From Planctomyces sp. (GTDB taxonomy: Bacteria > Planctomycetota > Planctomycetia > Planctomycetales > Planctomycetaceae): 53,928 nt of DNA. This document shows, piece by piece, positions 42,696 through 53,928 of the stretch. The position numbers were made by a program, and so were the translations under genes. A model generated the notes under the pieces. The model searched no databases. It saw only the letters and a program-made list of their open reading frames with translations, and was not told the DNA's origin. The stretch's first letter is position 1; each line of letters opens with the position of its first letter. Location: assembly GCA_043750195.1 (NCBI GenBank), contig JAYVCB010000163.1, positions 1-53,928 of the forward strand, in the 5' to 3' direction.

Positions 42696-43470
42696 GTGCC
42701 AAAGATCCGCCTGCATTGCTGGTTGTGGTTGTTGATGCTGGGGCAATTCACCGAGTTCGTGCTCGGCGAAGAGACATCGCGGTTTGTGCGGACTCAGGCG
42801 GGAGAGCTACCGATCATCTTGTCGGCTCCGCACGGCGGGAAATTGGATGTGCCCGATGTGGCCGTTCGCAAAGGTGAGGGATTGGCGAAAGGCGGCAGTG
42901 GGGTTCGTAGTCGATCGCGACGCTGGCACGGAAGAGTTGGCTCAGCAAGTGGCGGAGTCGATCGAAAAGCGATTCGGTAAGAAGCCGTACTTTGTGATCG
43001 CCCGGTCGCATCGCAAGTATCTCGATCCGAATCGGCCGCCGGAGATCGCTTACGAGGACGCCGACGGGAAGCCGGTGTACGACGCTTATCACTTGGCTCT
43101 CAGAAACTCGTGCCGCGAGGTGCAACAGAAGTTTCACAAAGGATTGCTGCTCGACATTCATGGACAGGCAACGGAGAAGGACACGGTGTTTCGCGGGACG
43201 CAGTGCGGCAAGACCGTGACGCTGCTGCGCGAGCGATTCGGCGAGGCAGCACAAGTTGGCGAGACAACTTGTTCGGTCGTTTGAAGACGCATGGCTGGAA
43301 GGTGCATCCCGATCCGCTCGATGGCCGTGAGGAAGCCGCCTTTCGTGGCGGCTACACAAGGGCCGAGTGCTCTGTATCAGTCCGCACCCGGAACTCACCG
43401 ACGGCCAAGAGCAACTCTTGCTGCACGCCGTCGATTGGGCTGCCGCAAGGTGACGAGTGCGCCCCAACTT
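42696..43470 (+). pseudogene. N-formylglutamate amidohydrolase-family gene with at least 2 frameshifts
   Basis: Homology runs across frames. LPIILSAPHGGKLDVPDV is in the frame of ORF 42411. FVVDRDAGTEELAQ...IARSHRKYLDPNRP...LLLDIHGQ is in the frame of ORF 42784. NLFGRLKTHGWKVHPDPLDGREEAAFRGGYT is in the frame of ORF 43110. The junctions lie near the gggg run at about 42895 and near 43258. The 3' end is unclear. Confidence 0.7.
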
Positions 43471-45604
43471 ATCCGATGATGACGCGCGGTTGCCGAGCCG
43501 GGTCAGGCTCGGCTTTGATGATCAGTTCGCGTACCATCCACGGGACGTTGCCTTCACCGAACAGCACGAAACCCAAGTTCATCGCCAGCGGGTTTTCGTC
43601 GGACCAGCCGAAGTGCAGCTCCGGAGGCGTACCGGATTTTGAAAGTTCCAGCGCGATCGACGCCAGCGTGTGGGCGATCGAGGCGCATTTCGTCACACGG
43701 ATAATGAAGCGGCCTTCCTCTTCGGTCACTTCGATGATCGGAGAATGATAGAACTCGCTGACATCGCCGAGCGTCGCCTCGACGAACACGATCGGCATGT
43801 TGGGGTCGAGATGATGCTCCCGCCGGATTTGTTCCTCTTTGTGAGCGAGCGTCCGATCGGCACCCGTTCGATGAGGAACCAGCACCGGAAATTCCAGGTG
43901 GCGCAGGGCATCCCACAGGAAGTGCGACTCGTTGTTGACGAAGCGAAAGCTGACCAAGCGCGGTTCCGTGCTTCGCAGCCAACGAGACGTCAGCGACGAC
44001 ACAAACACGACCCCGATGAAGCAACTGGCGATGACCATGCCTTCGGGCTTTTCGATCATGATCATCGTGGTCACGTAGAAGAACACCACCGCGATGAAAA
44101 CGTACGGCCACGCGATCCGGCTGGCTGTCGAGCCTGTTCGTTTAAGGTACTGGTCGATGACCGTCGCGACGCAAGCGCTGGTGATCAACACCATCACGCC
44201 GGTTGCGTACGCACCACCTTGAGCTTGCACGTCGGCTTGAAAGATCGCCGTCACCAGCAGATTGATGAACGTAAATAGCACCACAAGCGCACGAGTCTTC
44301 TTGGCCCATTCCGGAGCCATGCCTAAGCGCGGCAAATAGCGCGGCACGAGGTTCAACAAACCGGACATCGCGCTCGCCCCGGCGAACCACAGAATCAGCA
44401 CGGTGCTGATGTCGTAGATCGTGCCGAACACGTCGCCAAACAGCGAATTGAGTTCGAGTTTCCCACCACCATGTGCGAGATACGCCAGCGCGCGGTTCGC
44501 GGCACCTCCGCCAGTTTGCAATTCTTCCGCCGGGATCAGCGTCGAGACGACCATCGACGAGCCGAGCAAATACACCGACATGATTGCCGCCGCCGAGATC
44601 AGCAGCTTGCGCGCATTGCAAATACGGCCGGCCGGTTGATCGAACGTGTCGGTCGCGTCGCCTCGAATCAACGGCATGACCGCCACGCCGGTCTCGAAAC
44701 CGCTCAAGCCCAGCGCGAGCTTCGGAAAGAACAACACGCTTACGAGCGCGACCGATCCCCAGCCCGAGCCTTGCACTGGCGAATGCGGTAGCAGCCAATC
44801 CCCTTCTTGCACCTTCTGCCACCAATCCGCGATGGCCTGTGGGTGCTCGGCGAGATACTTCAAACCGCTGCCGATCACCACCGCGTTCAACGTCAAGTAC
44901 ACCGCGACCAGCGCGACCGCGAGCCCAATGACTTCGCTGAAACCTTTCAGAAACACGGCACCTAGCAGAACTAGCATGAACATCGTCAGCAGGATTTGTC
45001 CTTGCAGCCAATCGGGCATGTCCTGCCAGAACGGGTTGTGGACAAGGTGTTCGGCAGCATCGGCGGCGGACAAGGTTTTTGTGATGACGTAATCGGTCGC
45101 CGCGAAGCCCAACAACGTGAGCACCATGAACTTGCCGGCCCAACCGCGAACCAGCTTCTCCAACATCGCAATCGAGCCTTGTCCGTGAAACGATTGCCCC
45201 GCCACATAACAGTAAACCGGCAACGCTCCGAACAATGTGACCAACACCAGCAACACGGTCGCCAGCGGCGCAAGTCGTCCGGCGGCCTCAAAGGCCATCG
45301 ACGGCTGATAGCCCAGCGTGCTGAAGTAGTCCACACCGGTCAGGCAGAGGATCCAGATCCAAAAACTCTGGTGTCCGTGCGGCGCATCGTGTCCGATCAC
45401 CGGAGATGGGTCGTGCGCGGACGCAGTCCCCGGTTCGCGATTGGGTGGAGCGGCGGCACTCGCGGTGTTTGGTTTTTGTGACGAGCCGTCGCTCACCACG
45501 GACGGCTCAGCCTGCGCGGCCGGTGGGCGCGGCTCGGTCGCACCACTGATTTTTGCGAACATGGAATTCGGCCACGACCGGCTAAGTCTGTTCGAGCGGC
45601 TCAC
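43469..45604 (-). CDS. APC-superfamily-like polytopic transporter with a C-terminal cytoplasmic domain
   Basis: 711 aa with about 12 TM segments, beginning FWIWILCLTGVDYFSTLGYQPSMAF, and a soluble C-terminal region of about 200 aa. Start is GTG 45604 or ATG 45561. Substrate unknown. Confidence 0.7.
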   Translation of the reverse strand: MSRSNRLSRSWPNSMFAKISGATEPRPPAAQAEPSVVSDGSSQKPNTASAAAPPNREPGTASAHDPSPVIGHDAPHGHQSFWIWILCLTGVDYFSTLGYQPSMAFEAAGRLAPLATVLLVLVTLFGALPVYCYVAGQSFHGQGSIAMLEKLVRGWAGKFMVLTLLGFAATDYVITKTLSAADAAEHLVHNPFWQDMPDWLQGQILLTMFMLVLLGAVFLKGFSEVIGLAVALVAVYLTLNAVVIGSGLKYLAEHPQAIADWWQKVQEGDWLLPHSPVQGSGWGSVALVSVLFFPKLALGLSGFETGVAVMPLIRGDATDTFDQPAGRICNARKLLISAAAIMSVYLLGSSMVVSTLIPAEELQTGGGAANRALAYLAHGGGKLELNSLFGDVFGTIYDISTVLILWFAGASAMSGLLNLVPRYLPRLGMAPEWAKKTRALVVLFTFINLLVTAIFQADVQAQGGAYATGVMVLITSACVATVIDQYLKRTGSTASRIAWPYVFIAVVFFYVTTMIMIEKPEGMVIASCFIGVVFVSSLTSRWLRSTEPRLVSFRFVNNESHFLWDALRHLEFPVLVPHRTGADRTLAHKEEQIRREHHLDPNMPIVFVEATLGDVSEFYHSPIIEVTEEEGRFIIRVTKCASIAHTLASIALELSKSGTPPELHFGWSDENPLAMNLGFVLFGEGNVPWMVRELIIKAEPDPARQPRVIIG

Positions 45605-45812
45605 ATTGCGGAGGACTCAGCCGAACTCCGCGTGAGAACGGTCGAACGCTAACAGCGCAGGCTCTTCACTCGCAATGGTCGTGTTTCTGAACGACGCAAC
45701 CGGCTGGCTCAGCCAAACGTTGTGACGGATCAAATTCAGGAGCGTGCTGGATGCTCCAGTTCCAATCTCGATTCTTCGCTCAACCGTTTGAACCCATGCT
45801 TCCTTCCGCCGA

Positions 45813-46793
<981 letters not shown>

Positions 46794-46935
46794 GATCCAC
46801 CGCTCCTAAAAAATTCTTGGAGTGCTTTTGGTTTCGACGACTCGCGAACGTCGCGAGTGGAACCAAGAAGCATTTCGCATGTGGTGGCTGGCGACCTAAT
46901 CCGGTGCTGGCTGCCGATCGCGTCGTGCTTGCAAG

Positions 46936-46950
46936 TGAGATTCACTCTCA
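46936..46950. promoter_or_regulatory. Candidate Fur-box-like 7-1-7 dyad upstream of hemP
   Basis: tgagatt c actctca matches 5 of 7 positions as an inverted repeat. It lies about 120 nt upstream of the hemP ATG. This is only weak sequence evidence. Confidence 0.25.
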
Positions 46951-47069
46951 ACACAATGCGAACGATACAGGTTGGCTGCGGTATTTCAATCTCGTGGCAT
47001 ACCAATTTTGGAAACTTGCAGCTCGGGAATTCGACTTCAATTTCCGGCTGTTCGAGAAAGGCAGTCCCC

Positions 47070-47234
47070 ATGTCTGACGAAGGCGAACCGCCCAAGTCTT
47101 GCGAAAAACCGATCGTCCGCGAAATTACCTCGGACGAGTTACTCCGTGGTCAATCCGAACTCTTGATCCGTCACGGTGAGGAGATTTACCGGCTCAAATT
47201 GACTCGCAATCAGAAGTTGATCCTGCAGAAGTGA
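47070..47234 (+). CDS. hemP: Hemin uptake protein HemP
   Basis: 54 aa read from ATG 47070 within ORF 46857..47234. ITSDELLRGQSELLIRHGEEIYRLKLTRNQKLILQK matches the HemP family C-terminal pattern. Confidence 0.8.
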   Translation: MSDEGEPPKSCEKPIVREITSDELLRGQSELLIRHGEEIYRLKLTRNQKLILQK

Positions 47235-47265
47235 AGTAGGTTTGAGTTGAGTTGCGGCTGGCACA

Positions 47266-47300
47266 CAAAAAAAGCAGCCGGCTTGCGCCGGCTGCCTTTT
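47266..47300. terminator. Bidirectional rho-independent terminator between hemP and the oxidoreductase gene
   Basis: aaaaaaa GCAGCCGGC ttgc GCCGGCTGC ctttt. The stems are at 47274-47282 and 47287-47295. Confidence 0.8.
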
Positions 47301-47330
47301 GAGATTCTGAAACCGGCCATCAAAAAACGC

Positions 47331-48731
<1,401 letters not shown>

Positions 48732-48864
48732 GGCACATCCTCCGAAAAGCTGAGATTCAGCCGAGTATTCCGCTGTCAGACGTGAGCGGCTTCTCTCGAC
48801 TGACGAAACGTCGACGAGGAGTCTAGGCAGGATCAGCGACGATGAAAACTAATGACGCCCGTTG

Positions 48865-48907
48865 CCGAGTCGCTCCGCGACTCGGATCGGCGTCGCGGAG
48901 CGACGCC
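48865..48907. repeat. Two tandem small hairpins related to the MITE core, followed by a CTAC head
   Basis: ccgagtcgc tcc gcgactcgg (48865-48885) and ggcgtcgc gga gcgacgcc (48889-48907), then gctacgtta, where tta is the stop of the next minus-strand gene. Confidence 0.8.
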
Positions 48908-48913
48908 GCTACG

Positions 48914-49183
48914 TTACGCGTCCGTCAACTCGAACATCCCGTGCCCGGCGGACTTCAACTTTCCTTGTTTGACCAACTCTTCCCAGATCCGCATCGAAAA
49001 TTGATTCGGCGGTGAGATCGCGATGATGCTGGATTTGCCGCCGCTCGACATCGGGCCATAGCCCAGCCGCGACTCATCATCGAGCCGAGTCATTTTTAGA
49101 CGCTTTCGGAACGCCTTCAGAGCCATCTTGAGTTCTTCCTTCGAGGGAGCTTCGGGCGACGGAGTTGCTTGTGCCTCTGACAT
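48914..49183 (-). CDS. Small soluble protein, unknown function
   Basis: ORF 48914..49507 trimmed to ATG 49183 (MSEAQATPSPEAPSKEELKMALKAFRKRLKMTRLDDESRLGYGP...); 89 aa. Confidence 0.5.
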   Translation of the reverse strand: MSEAQATPSPEAPSKEELKMALKAFRKRLKMTRLDDESRLGYGPMSSGGKSSIIAISPPNQFSMRIWEELVKQGKLKSAGHGMFELTDA

Positions 49184-49367
49184 GAGATGTTCCTTTCGAT
49201 GCGGCCACAGTAGCAACTGACGGAATCGGAATCGAGTGCCTGAACCCTCCGTTGATTTCCGCGATGCGACTTGCGACAGTCCTGCCCGACTGAGGAGTTT
49301 GCAGACCGCACTGTTCGGCAGGTGCGGTTTTTTGTTGAGTCGCCGCGAGGTGTTGGGAGTTGTCCAA

Positions 49368-49844
49368 ATGACGGAATTACTGGTCAGCCTGAGCGATTTG
49401 GTTGTCGCCGCTTGGAGTCTGTTGAAGGCCGTGAGCGGCTTGTTGCTGCCGTGGTTTCCGTTGGCAGTGTGGATCGGCTTTTGGCTGTGCGCTGTGAATT
49501 GGAACAAGTTGCGCGAGGTTCTGGTTTCTAAGGGTGGCCTGCTGGGGGTGCTGTTGATCGGTGCGATTTGCGTGTTGATTTGGGGTGTCGTCGCTCCGCC
49601 TGAGAGCGGCAGTCATTACCTCTTCGGTCTCACGCTCAGCAACTTCGTTGGCAAGTTAGTCTATGTGACTGCGCTGTTCTGCTTGATGTTTCTTTGCGGC
49701 AGCGTCCAACTCTCCGGCTGCTGCCAGCAATGGTGTGAAGTGACGATGCCCGATCCGCATGCTCACGGCGATCATGGACACCGCGAGCACGACTCTCAGG
49801 GACACTCCGCCGGTCATGTCGACCACGGTCACACCAGTCATTGA
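49368..49844 (+). CDS. Membrane protein with a His-rich C-terminal tail
   Basis: ORF trimmed to ATG 49368. Four hydrophobic segments, then CCQQWCEVTMPDPHAHGDHGHREHDSQGHSAGHVDHGHTSH. Confidence 0.55.
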   Translation: MTELLVSLSDLVVAAWSLLKAVSGLLLPWFPLAVWIGFWLCAVNWNKLREVLVSKGGLLGVLLIGAICVLIWGVVAPPESGSHYLFGLTLSNFVGKLVYVTALFCLMFLCGSVQLSGCCQQWCEVTMPDPHAHGDHGHREHDSQGHSAGHVDHGHTSH

Positions 49845-49847
49845 CCG

Positions 49848-50252
49848 CTACGAGCGGATTTCGAGGGCGACTGGTCCCCACAAGCCGCCCGGCTGATGGG
49901 GCGGTGTTCCGACCCAGAGCGTCAGTTGCACGACCAATTCGTTGTGCAGCGTGAGGTGCGGGGTGATTTCAAACTCCGCACTATCTTCGTCGATCTCGAT
50001 CCCGCCAAGCCGCTGCTGGTTGATGTCCACCCAAGCTGCACCGCGCACGCCTTGGAACACGACCCAGACGTGTTCGTGCGGTTCGAGGTTTGTCGGTTGA
50101 TTGAACATTCGGCGGAACTCGGCGCGGCCGCAACTGCTCCCCTCGAAGATCTTCTGCCAACTCGCGGGAAGCGTGACGCGGCGCGGTGGCTCGTCGCGAT
50201 CTAACCGCTGAACCTCCCAAGGGCCTTTCAAAAACATGCGATGAACCGACAT
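49848..50252 (-). CDS. Stand-alone galactose-binding-like (GH2 N-terminal sugar-binding-type) beta-sandwich protein
   Basis: ORF 49848..50858 trimmed to ATG 50252. Contains LKGPWEVQ, LPASWQ, GRAEFRRMF, VWVVFQGVRGAAWVDINQQRLG and FEITPHL; 134 aa. It starts 14 nt after argG. Confidence 0.55.
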   Translation of the reverse strand: MSVHRMFLKGPWEVQRLDRDEPPRRVTLPASWQKIFEGSSCGRAEFRRMFNQPTNLEPHEHVWVVFQGVRGAAWVDINQQRLGGIEIDEDSAEFEITPHLTLHNELVVQLTLWVGTPPHQPGGLWGPVALEIRS

Positions 50253-50266
50253 GGGGGCAGCCTTGG

Positions 50267-51481
50267 TCAATAGCTTCGCGGCGTCGTTCGCCCCTGCACT
50301 CGTCCCGGCAAACCTTGAATCCTCAAAAAACCTTCGGCGTCGGTTTGGTTGTAGCTGCCGCCGCCTTCCATCGTGGCGATGCCTTCGTCGTAGAGGCTGT
50401 TGGGGCTGCTGCGCGCGGCGGTGATGATGTTGCCTTTGTAGAGCTTCAGCGTGACGTCGCCGGTGACGTGGCGTTGAGCGTTTTGGTTGAACGCCAACAG
50501 AGCGTCCATCTTCGCGTGATACCAGAAGCCGTAGTAAACCATCTCGGCGACTTCCGGCGCGAGGCGGTCGCGGAGGTGCATCAGGTCGCGGTCCATCGTC
50601 AGTTGCTCGACGACTCGGTGAGCGTGATACAGGATCGTCATGCCGGGAGCCTCGTACACGCCGCGGCTCTTCATGCCAACAAAACGGTTCTCGACCATGT
50701 CGATGATGCCGACTCCGTTCCGGCCGCCGATGGTGTTGAGTTCCTTGACCATTTGGAGCGCCGACTTCTTCTGTCCGTTGAGCGACACCGGCACGCCCGA
50801 CTCGAAATGAATCGTGAGCGTCTCCGACTTGTCGGGAGCGGCCATCGGAGTGACGCACATGCCGAACTCGACCAGTTCGACGCCGTTGGTTGTCAGCGCT
50901 TCGAGTTGGCCCGCTTCATAGCTGATGTGCAGACAGTTTTCGTCGGACGAGTAAGGCTTTGAGACAGACGCCTTCACCGGGATGTTCTTTGCGGCACAGT
51001 AGTCGATCATCGCCATCCGGCCGGGGAACGCGGCCCGATACTTTTCGATGCGCCACGGAGCGATGATCTTGACCGCCGGGTTGAGCGCCTCGGCCGCGAG
51101 CTGGAAGCGGCACTGATCGTTTCCTTTGCCGGTGGCTCCGTGAGCGAACGCTTCGGCCCCGACTTCGCGGCAGATTTTGACGCACTCCTTCGCGATCAGC
51201 GGCCGAGCGATCGACGTTCCCAGCAAGTACCAGCCTTCGTACTTCGCCTGAAACTGCATGATTGGAATCGCGAAGTCGCGGCACAGTTCCTCCTGAACAT
51301 CGACGATGCGCGACGACTTCGCTCCGCAATTCTTCGCCTTCTGCATGATCGCCTCGCGATCCTCGCATGGCTGGCCGAGGTCCACATACACCGCGTGGCA
51401 GTCGTAGCCTTGCTCCTGCAGCCAGCAGAGAATCACAGACGTATCGAGACCACCCGAATAAGCCAAAACGCACGACGGCAT
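50267..51481 (-). CDS. argG: Argininosuccinate synthase
   Basis: ORF 50267..51772 trimmed to ATG 51481. Contains AYSGGLDTS, HGATGKGNDQCRFQL and SSDENCLHISYEAG; 404 aa. Confidence 0.95.
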   Translation of the reverse strand: MPSCVLAYSGGLDTSVILCWLQEQGYDCHAVYVDLGQPCEDREAIMQKAKNCGAKSSRIVDVQEELCRDFAIPIMQFQAKYEGWYLLGTSIARPLIAKECVKICREVGAEAFAHGATGKGNDQCRFQLAAEALNPAVKIIAPWRIEKYRAAFPGRMAMIDYCAAKNIPVKASVSKPYSSDENCLHISYEAGQLEALTTNGVELVEFGMCVTPMAAPDKSETLTIHFESGVPVSLNGQKKSALQMVKELNTIGGRNGVGIIDMVENRFVGMKSRGVYEAPGMTILYHAHRVVEQLTMDRDLMHLRDRLAPEVAEMVYYGFWYHAKMDALLAFNQNAQRHVTGDVTLKLYKGNIITAARSSPNSLYDEGIATMEGGGSYNQTDAEGFLRIQGLPGRVQGRTTPRSY

Positions 51482-51579
51482 GAAGTCACCTTCCCGACAG
51501 AATACTGGAACCCAAACAACGAAACGGGTGCCGATTCTGGTTAGGGTGCGTGTTGACGGCAAGCGACGGCTCACTCGCC

Positions 51580-51963
51580 TTATTCTGGCAGAATGCGTGG
51601 CCCGTCTGACTTGTAGGCGCCGTAGCCCCCTTGTTCGCGGCGGCCGTGATACCAGCCGAGCCAGACTCGTTTGGTAAAGAGGCAGCCGTGATAGTCCCAG
51701 CCCCAAGTCCCTTCGTGGGCGCAACGGTAGTCGCCGCGATGGGGAGCACCACCTCCGACGTAGCCGCCCCATTCATGGCAGCCATACGACGGGTGTGCCC
51801 ACGGGGCCACGCACTGTGGCCATCCCGCGCAGGCGTGGCGGTCGTGGGACTCGCAGCTTGGACATTGATTATCGCTGGCGCTGAGCGGTCTGATGAACGC
51901 TGCCAGCAAACCCGTGGCGAGCAGAAGTCGAATTCGGAATCCGATTCGGTGAGGTGTGGCCAT
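51580..51963 (-). CDS. Small secreted Cys/His/Trp/Gly-rich protein, unknown function
   Basis: ORF trimmed to ATG 51963 (signal MATPHRIGFRIRLLLATGLLAAFIRPLSA). The mature part contains CPSCESHDRHACAGWPQC and EGTWGWDYHGC. Confidence 0.5.
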   Translation of the reverse strand: MATPHRIGFRIRLLLATGLLAAFIRPLSASDNQCPSCESHDRHACAGWPQCVAPWAHPSYGCHEWGGYVGGGAPHRGDYRCAHEGTWGWDYHGCLFTKRVWLGWYHGRREQGGYGAYKSDGPRILPE

Positions 51964-52052
51964 CCTGGCAGCTCCTGATTCGTCGGCCGATTTACGGCGC
52001 GGCGAGTGTTTCAATCGAAGTTGAGAATTCGACCCGGAAGGGGCTCCGCTGG

Positions 52053-53928
52053 TTACCCAAACGGATTGCGGTTGAATTTCTGGTATGGCAATCGTGTGTT
52101 GCGGACTCTGACTTCGTCGGCAATCACGTTCGCGTCCGGAGGCAGGAAGCCTAGCGCGCCGTAGAACGTGACCACGTCGTCTTGATCGACGCCGTCACCG
52201 CTGACCCCGAAGCCACCGACCAACGGGCTACCGGGAGCACCGCCGGCATAGACCGGAGTGCTGCCGGGGAAGAAGACGATGCCGTTTTGATTTTCCGGGT
52301 TTTTGGGATCACGGAAATTCGTGCCGGGATGGAAGGAATCAAAGCCGAGCACCGTCCGGAAATCGGACGCCCTGGCTGGACCGCCGTTATTCTCGACGGC
52401 ATGGACGGCGACGTTCGGACGATTCGACGCGAGAAAATTTGTCTGGAAGACGGGGACTCCCCCGACCGTTTCATTGAGGATCGAGAAATCTCCGGGCCGG
52501 CTGCCATCGACCCCTTGTGGAAAGCGCGGCTCGACCAGGAAGCGGAATGTCCGATTGGTGAAGGCGGTCCCTTTGGGGACATCGGCCACGCCGTTGTTGT
52601 CGTCATCGACCTGGTCCACGAATTGGAGATCCGGACCGGCGTAATAGACCGTGTTCCGCGCTTTGGCCACGGCCACGTCAATCGAAAAGATCGTCGAGTC
52701 GTGCATGCGGTACAGGCCCAGCACGTTGCCATTGGCATCCGCGACCGCCAGCACCATGCTCGCGGCGGCACCAGGATTCGTGCTGACTCGACTCACTTGC
52801 GCCTGATTGTTGGCATCAAACGTGGCGATGTTTGGGATTTGGACTTCCAGGCGAATGGCGGCACGTACCCGACGTCCGTCATCGGCCGCGCCCAACCGCG
52901 ACTCCGTGTTGCCGGCCACAATGAGGCCTTGTTCGATGATTCTCCGGACTTGGGCCGTTGTCATCGGATTTGGCGTTCCCGCAGGCGAATCATGGGGCAA
53001 GACCAGCCAGCCTTCGCCAATGACTCGGCCTTTCGCGGCGGTGACATCCGCCACGGTTCGAATCGTCGCCCCGATGGCATGGGCCGCAGCCGCTGTGGCA
53101 TTCTGCGCGCGGAGAATCGACAAAGTATTTCCGGAGATATTGGTGACAGCGATCACTTCGCTATCAATTCTGATTGAGAAGTCGATGGTGGCCGGGTTGG
53201 CATCGATCGGAGGAAACACGGACCCATCCGGCACGACGAGCGTTGCCGCAACGTTGCTTAAAGCGGTCGCAACACTGGAGGTCACCTTCAACGCCTGGTT
53301 TGCACCGCTACCAGTGGCGAGTTGCTTTCCCGCGGCGTGGTTGTCGGCTTTGCTGCCATCTTGTGCGCGGGCGACTGTCAGCGTTTTTGTCCCGACGTTG
53401 ACAGCAGTCACCAACAAGACCTCCTTATCGAGTCGAACCTTGAACGGGGTCGCGGGCAACCCGGTCGCGTCGGTCACCACCAGCGAAGTGGCTGTCGAGT
53501 TGATGGCTGTGGCGAGCTTCACGCTGCCCTGCTGAATCCTGTCGGCAATGGCTTCAATGGTCCGCACACCCGTAACACCGGGTTCCGGGCCAATGATCTG
53601 AAGATTGATTCCCACCAGATCGATTCGCCCAAACGGAATTGGGAAATCGCCGCCGTAGATACGGTCAGTCGCCAGTGTCAGGCCGCCAAACTGAGCACCG
53701 CCCACGGCAAAGAGAGCCGCATATTCGGCTTCCAAAACTTTGGGAGCGTTCGTCCGGTCGAATTCGGTTTGGGCGTTTGGAAAATTCTGTTCGAACGTCG
53801 CGTCGCCGATGGCTCCGGGACCGGCCCCGTCAGGATCACTCGTGCCGGGGAAGAAAACTCCAATGCCGCCAATGACGTCGAGCAGGCCGCGATAAATCGG
53901 CAGGCCGCCGGGTAGAGTTGCGATGCCG
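52053..53928 (-). CDS. Large secreted protein ending in a GlcG/HbpS-like (DUF336) domain; 5' end outside the window
   Basis: The C-terminal GGFGVSGDGVDQDDVV is the GlcG/HbpS signature. My own translation shows the frame stays open from 53735 to the window edge (…GIGVFFPGTSDPDGAGPGAIGDATFEQNFPNAQTEFDRTNAPKV-LEAEY…). The gene is therefore truncated by the window. Confidence 0.7.
   Translation of the reverse strand, partial: GIATLPGGLPIYRGLLDVIGGIGVFFPGTSDPDGAGPGAIGDATFEQNFPNAQTEFDRTNAPKVLEAEYAALFAVGGAQFGGLTLATDRIYGGDFPIPFGRIDLVGINLQIIGPEPGVTGVRTIEAIADRIQQGSVKLATAINSTATSLVVTDATGLPATPFKVRLDKEVLLVTAVNVGTKTLTVARAQDGSKADNHAAGKQLATGSGANQALKVTSSVATALSNVAATLVVPDGSVFPPIDANPATIDFSIRIDSEVIAVTNISGNTLSILRAQNATAAAAHAIGATIRTVADVTAAKGRVIGEGWLVLPHDSPAGTPNPMTTAQVRRIIEQGLIVAGNTESRLGAADDGRRVRAAIRLEVQIPNIATFDANNQAQVSRVSTNPGAAASMVLAVADANGNVLGLYRMHDSTIFSIDVAVAKARNTVYYAGPDLQFVDQVDDDNNGVADVPKGTAFTNRTFRFLVEPRFPQGVDGSRPGDFSILNETVGGVPVFQTNFLASNRPNVAVHAVENNGGPARASDFRTVLGFDSFHPGTNFRDPKNPENQNGIVFFPGSTPVYAGGAPGSPLVGGFGVSGDGVDQDDVVTFYGALGFLPPDANVIADEVRVRNTRLPYQKFNRNPFG

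Overview
GC-rich bacterial chromosome segment (roughly high-50s % GC, by eye). No rRNA, tRNA, CRISPR array or transposase was recognised. The gene content points to Planctomycetota, probably Pirellulales-like; this is inference only. The supporting genes are two DUF1559/H-X9-DG prepilin-like proteins, a PSCyt1 cytochrome-WD40 fusion, a formylglycine-type sulfatase, a multihaem cytochrome, a Tat-exported Gfo/Idh/MocA oxidoreductase and PD40/PQQ propeller proteins. I call about 45 protein genes. They include sodA, a 7-gene Tad/Cpa pilus operon (994-8145), an Nramp-like transporter and a NUDIX hydrolase. They also include a DUF151 nuclease, MoxR and DUF58 (separated by a 2.2-kb insert), a sulfatase, a CocE/NonD hydrolase and an IGHMBP2/Upf1-like helicase. 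The rest include an SthA-like flavoprotein, crcB, hemP and argG. The main structure not explained by genes is a dense, diverse set of GTAG-headed palindromes (REP/REPIN-like) and a 120-nt MITE-like element present three times. These occupy most intergenic gaps and sometimes supply the stop codons of flanking genes. One 108-nt copy sits in frame inside the CocE/NonD gene. Other points worth a second look are: the Tad operon has no flp pilin, secretin or TadZ and contains a 9 x 7-nt AT-rich tandem repeat. A COG4185/zeta-like ATPase overlaps a small downstream ORF in the insert that splits moxR from DUF58. A DUF4258 toxin gene carrying an in-frame TAG sits upstream of a zinc-ribbon-only MqsA-like gene. 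An SthA paralogue has lost both dinucleotide-binding motifs. An N-formylglutamate amidohydrolase gene is frameshifted and lies next to about 0.9 kb of unassigned DNA. I did not find one clear multi-gene novel system; the candidates above are ranked by interest. All family assignments rest on motifs I read by eye, and no database search was run.
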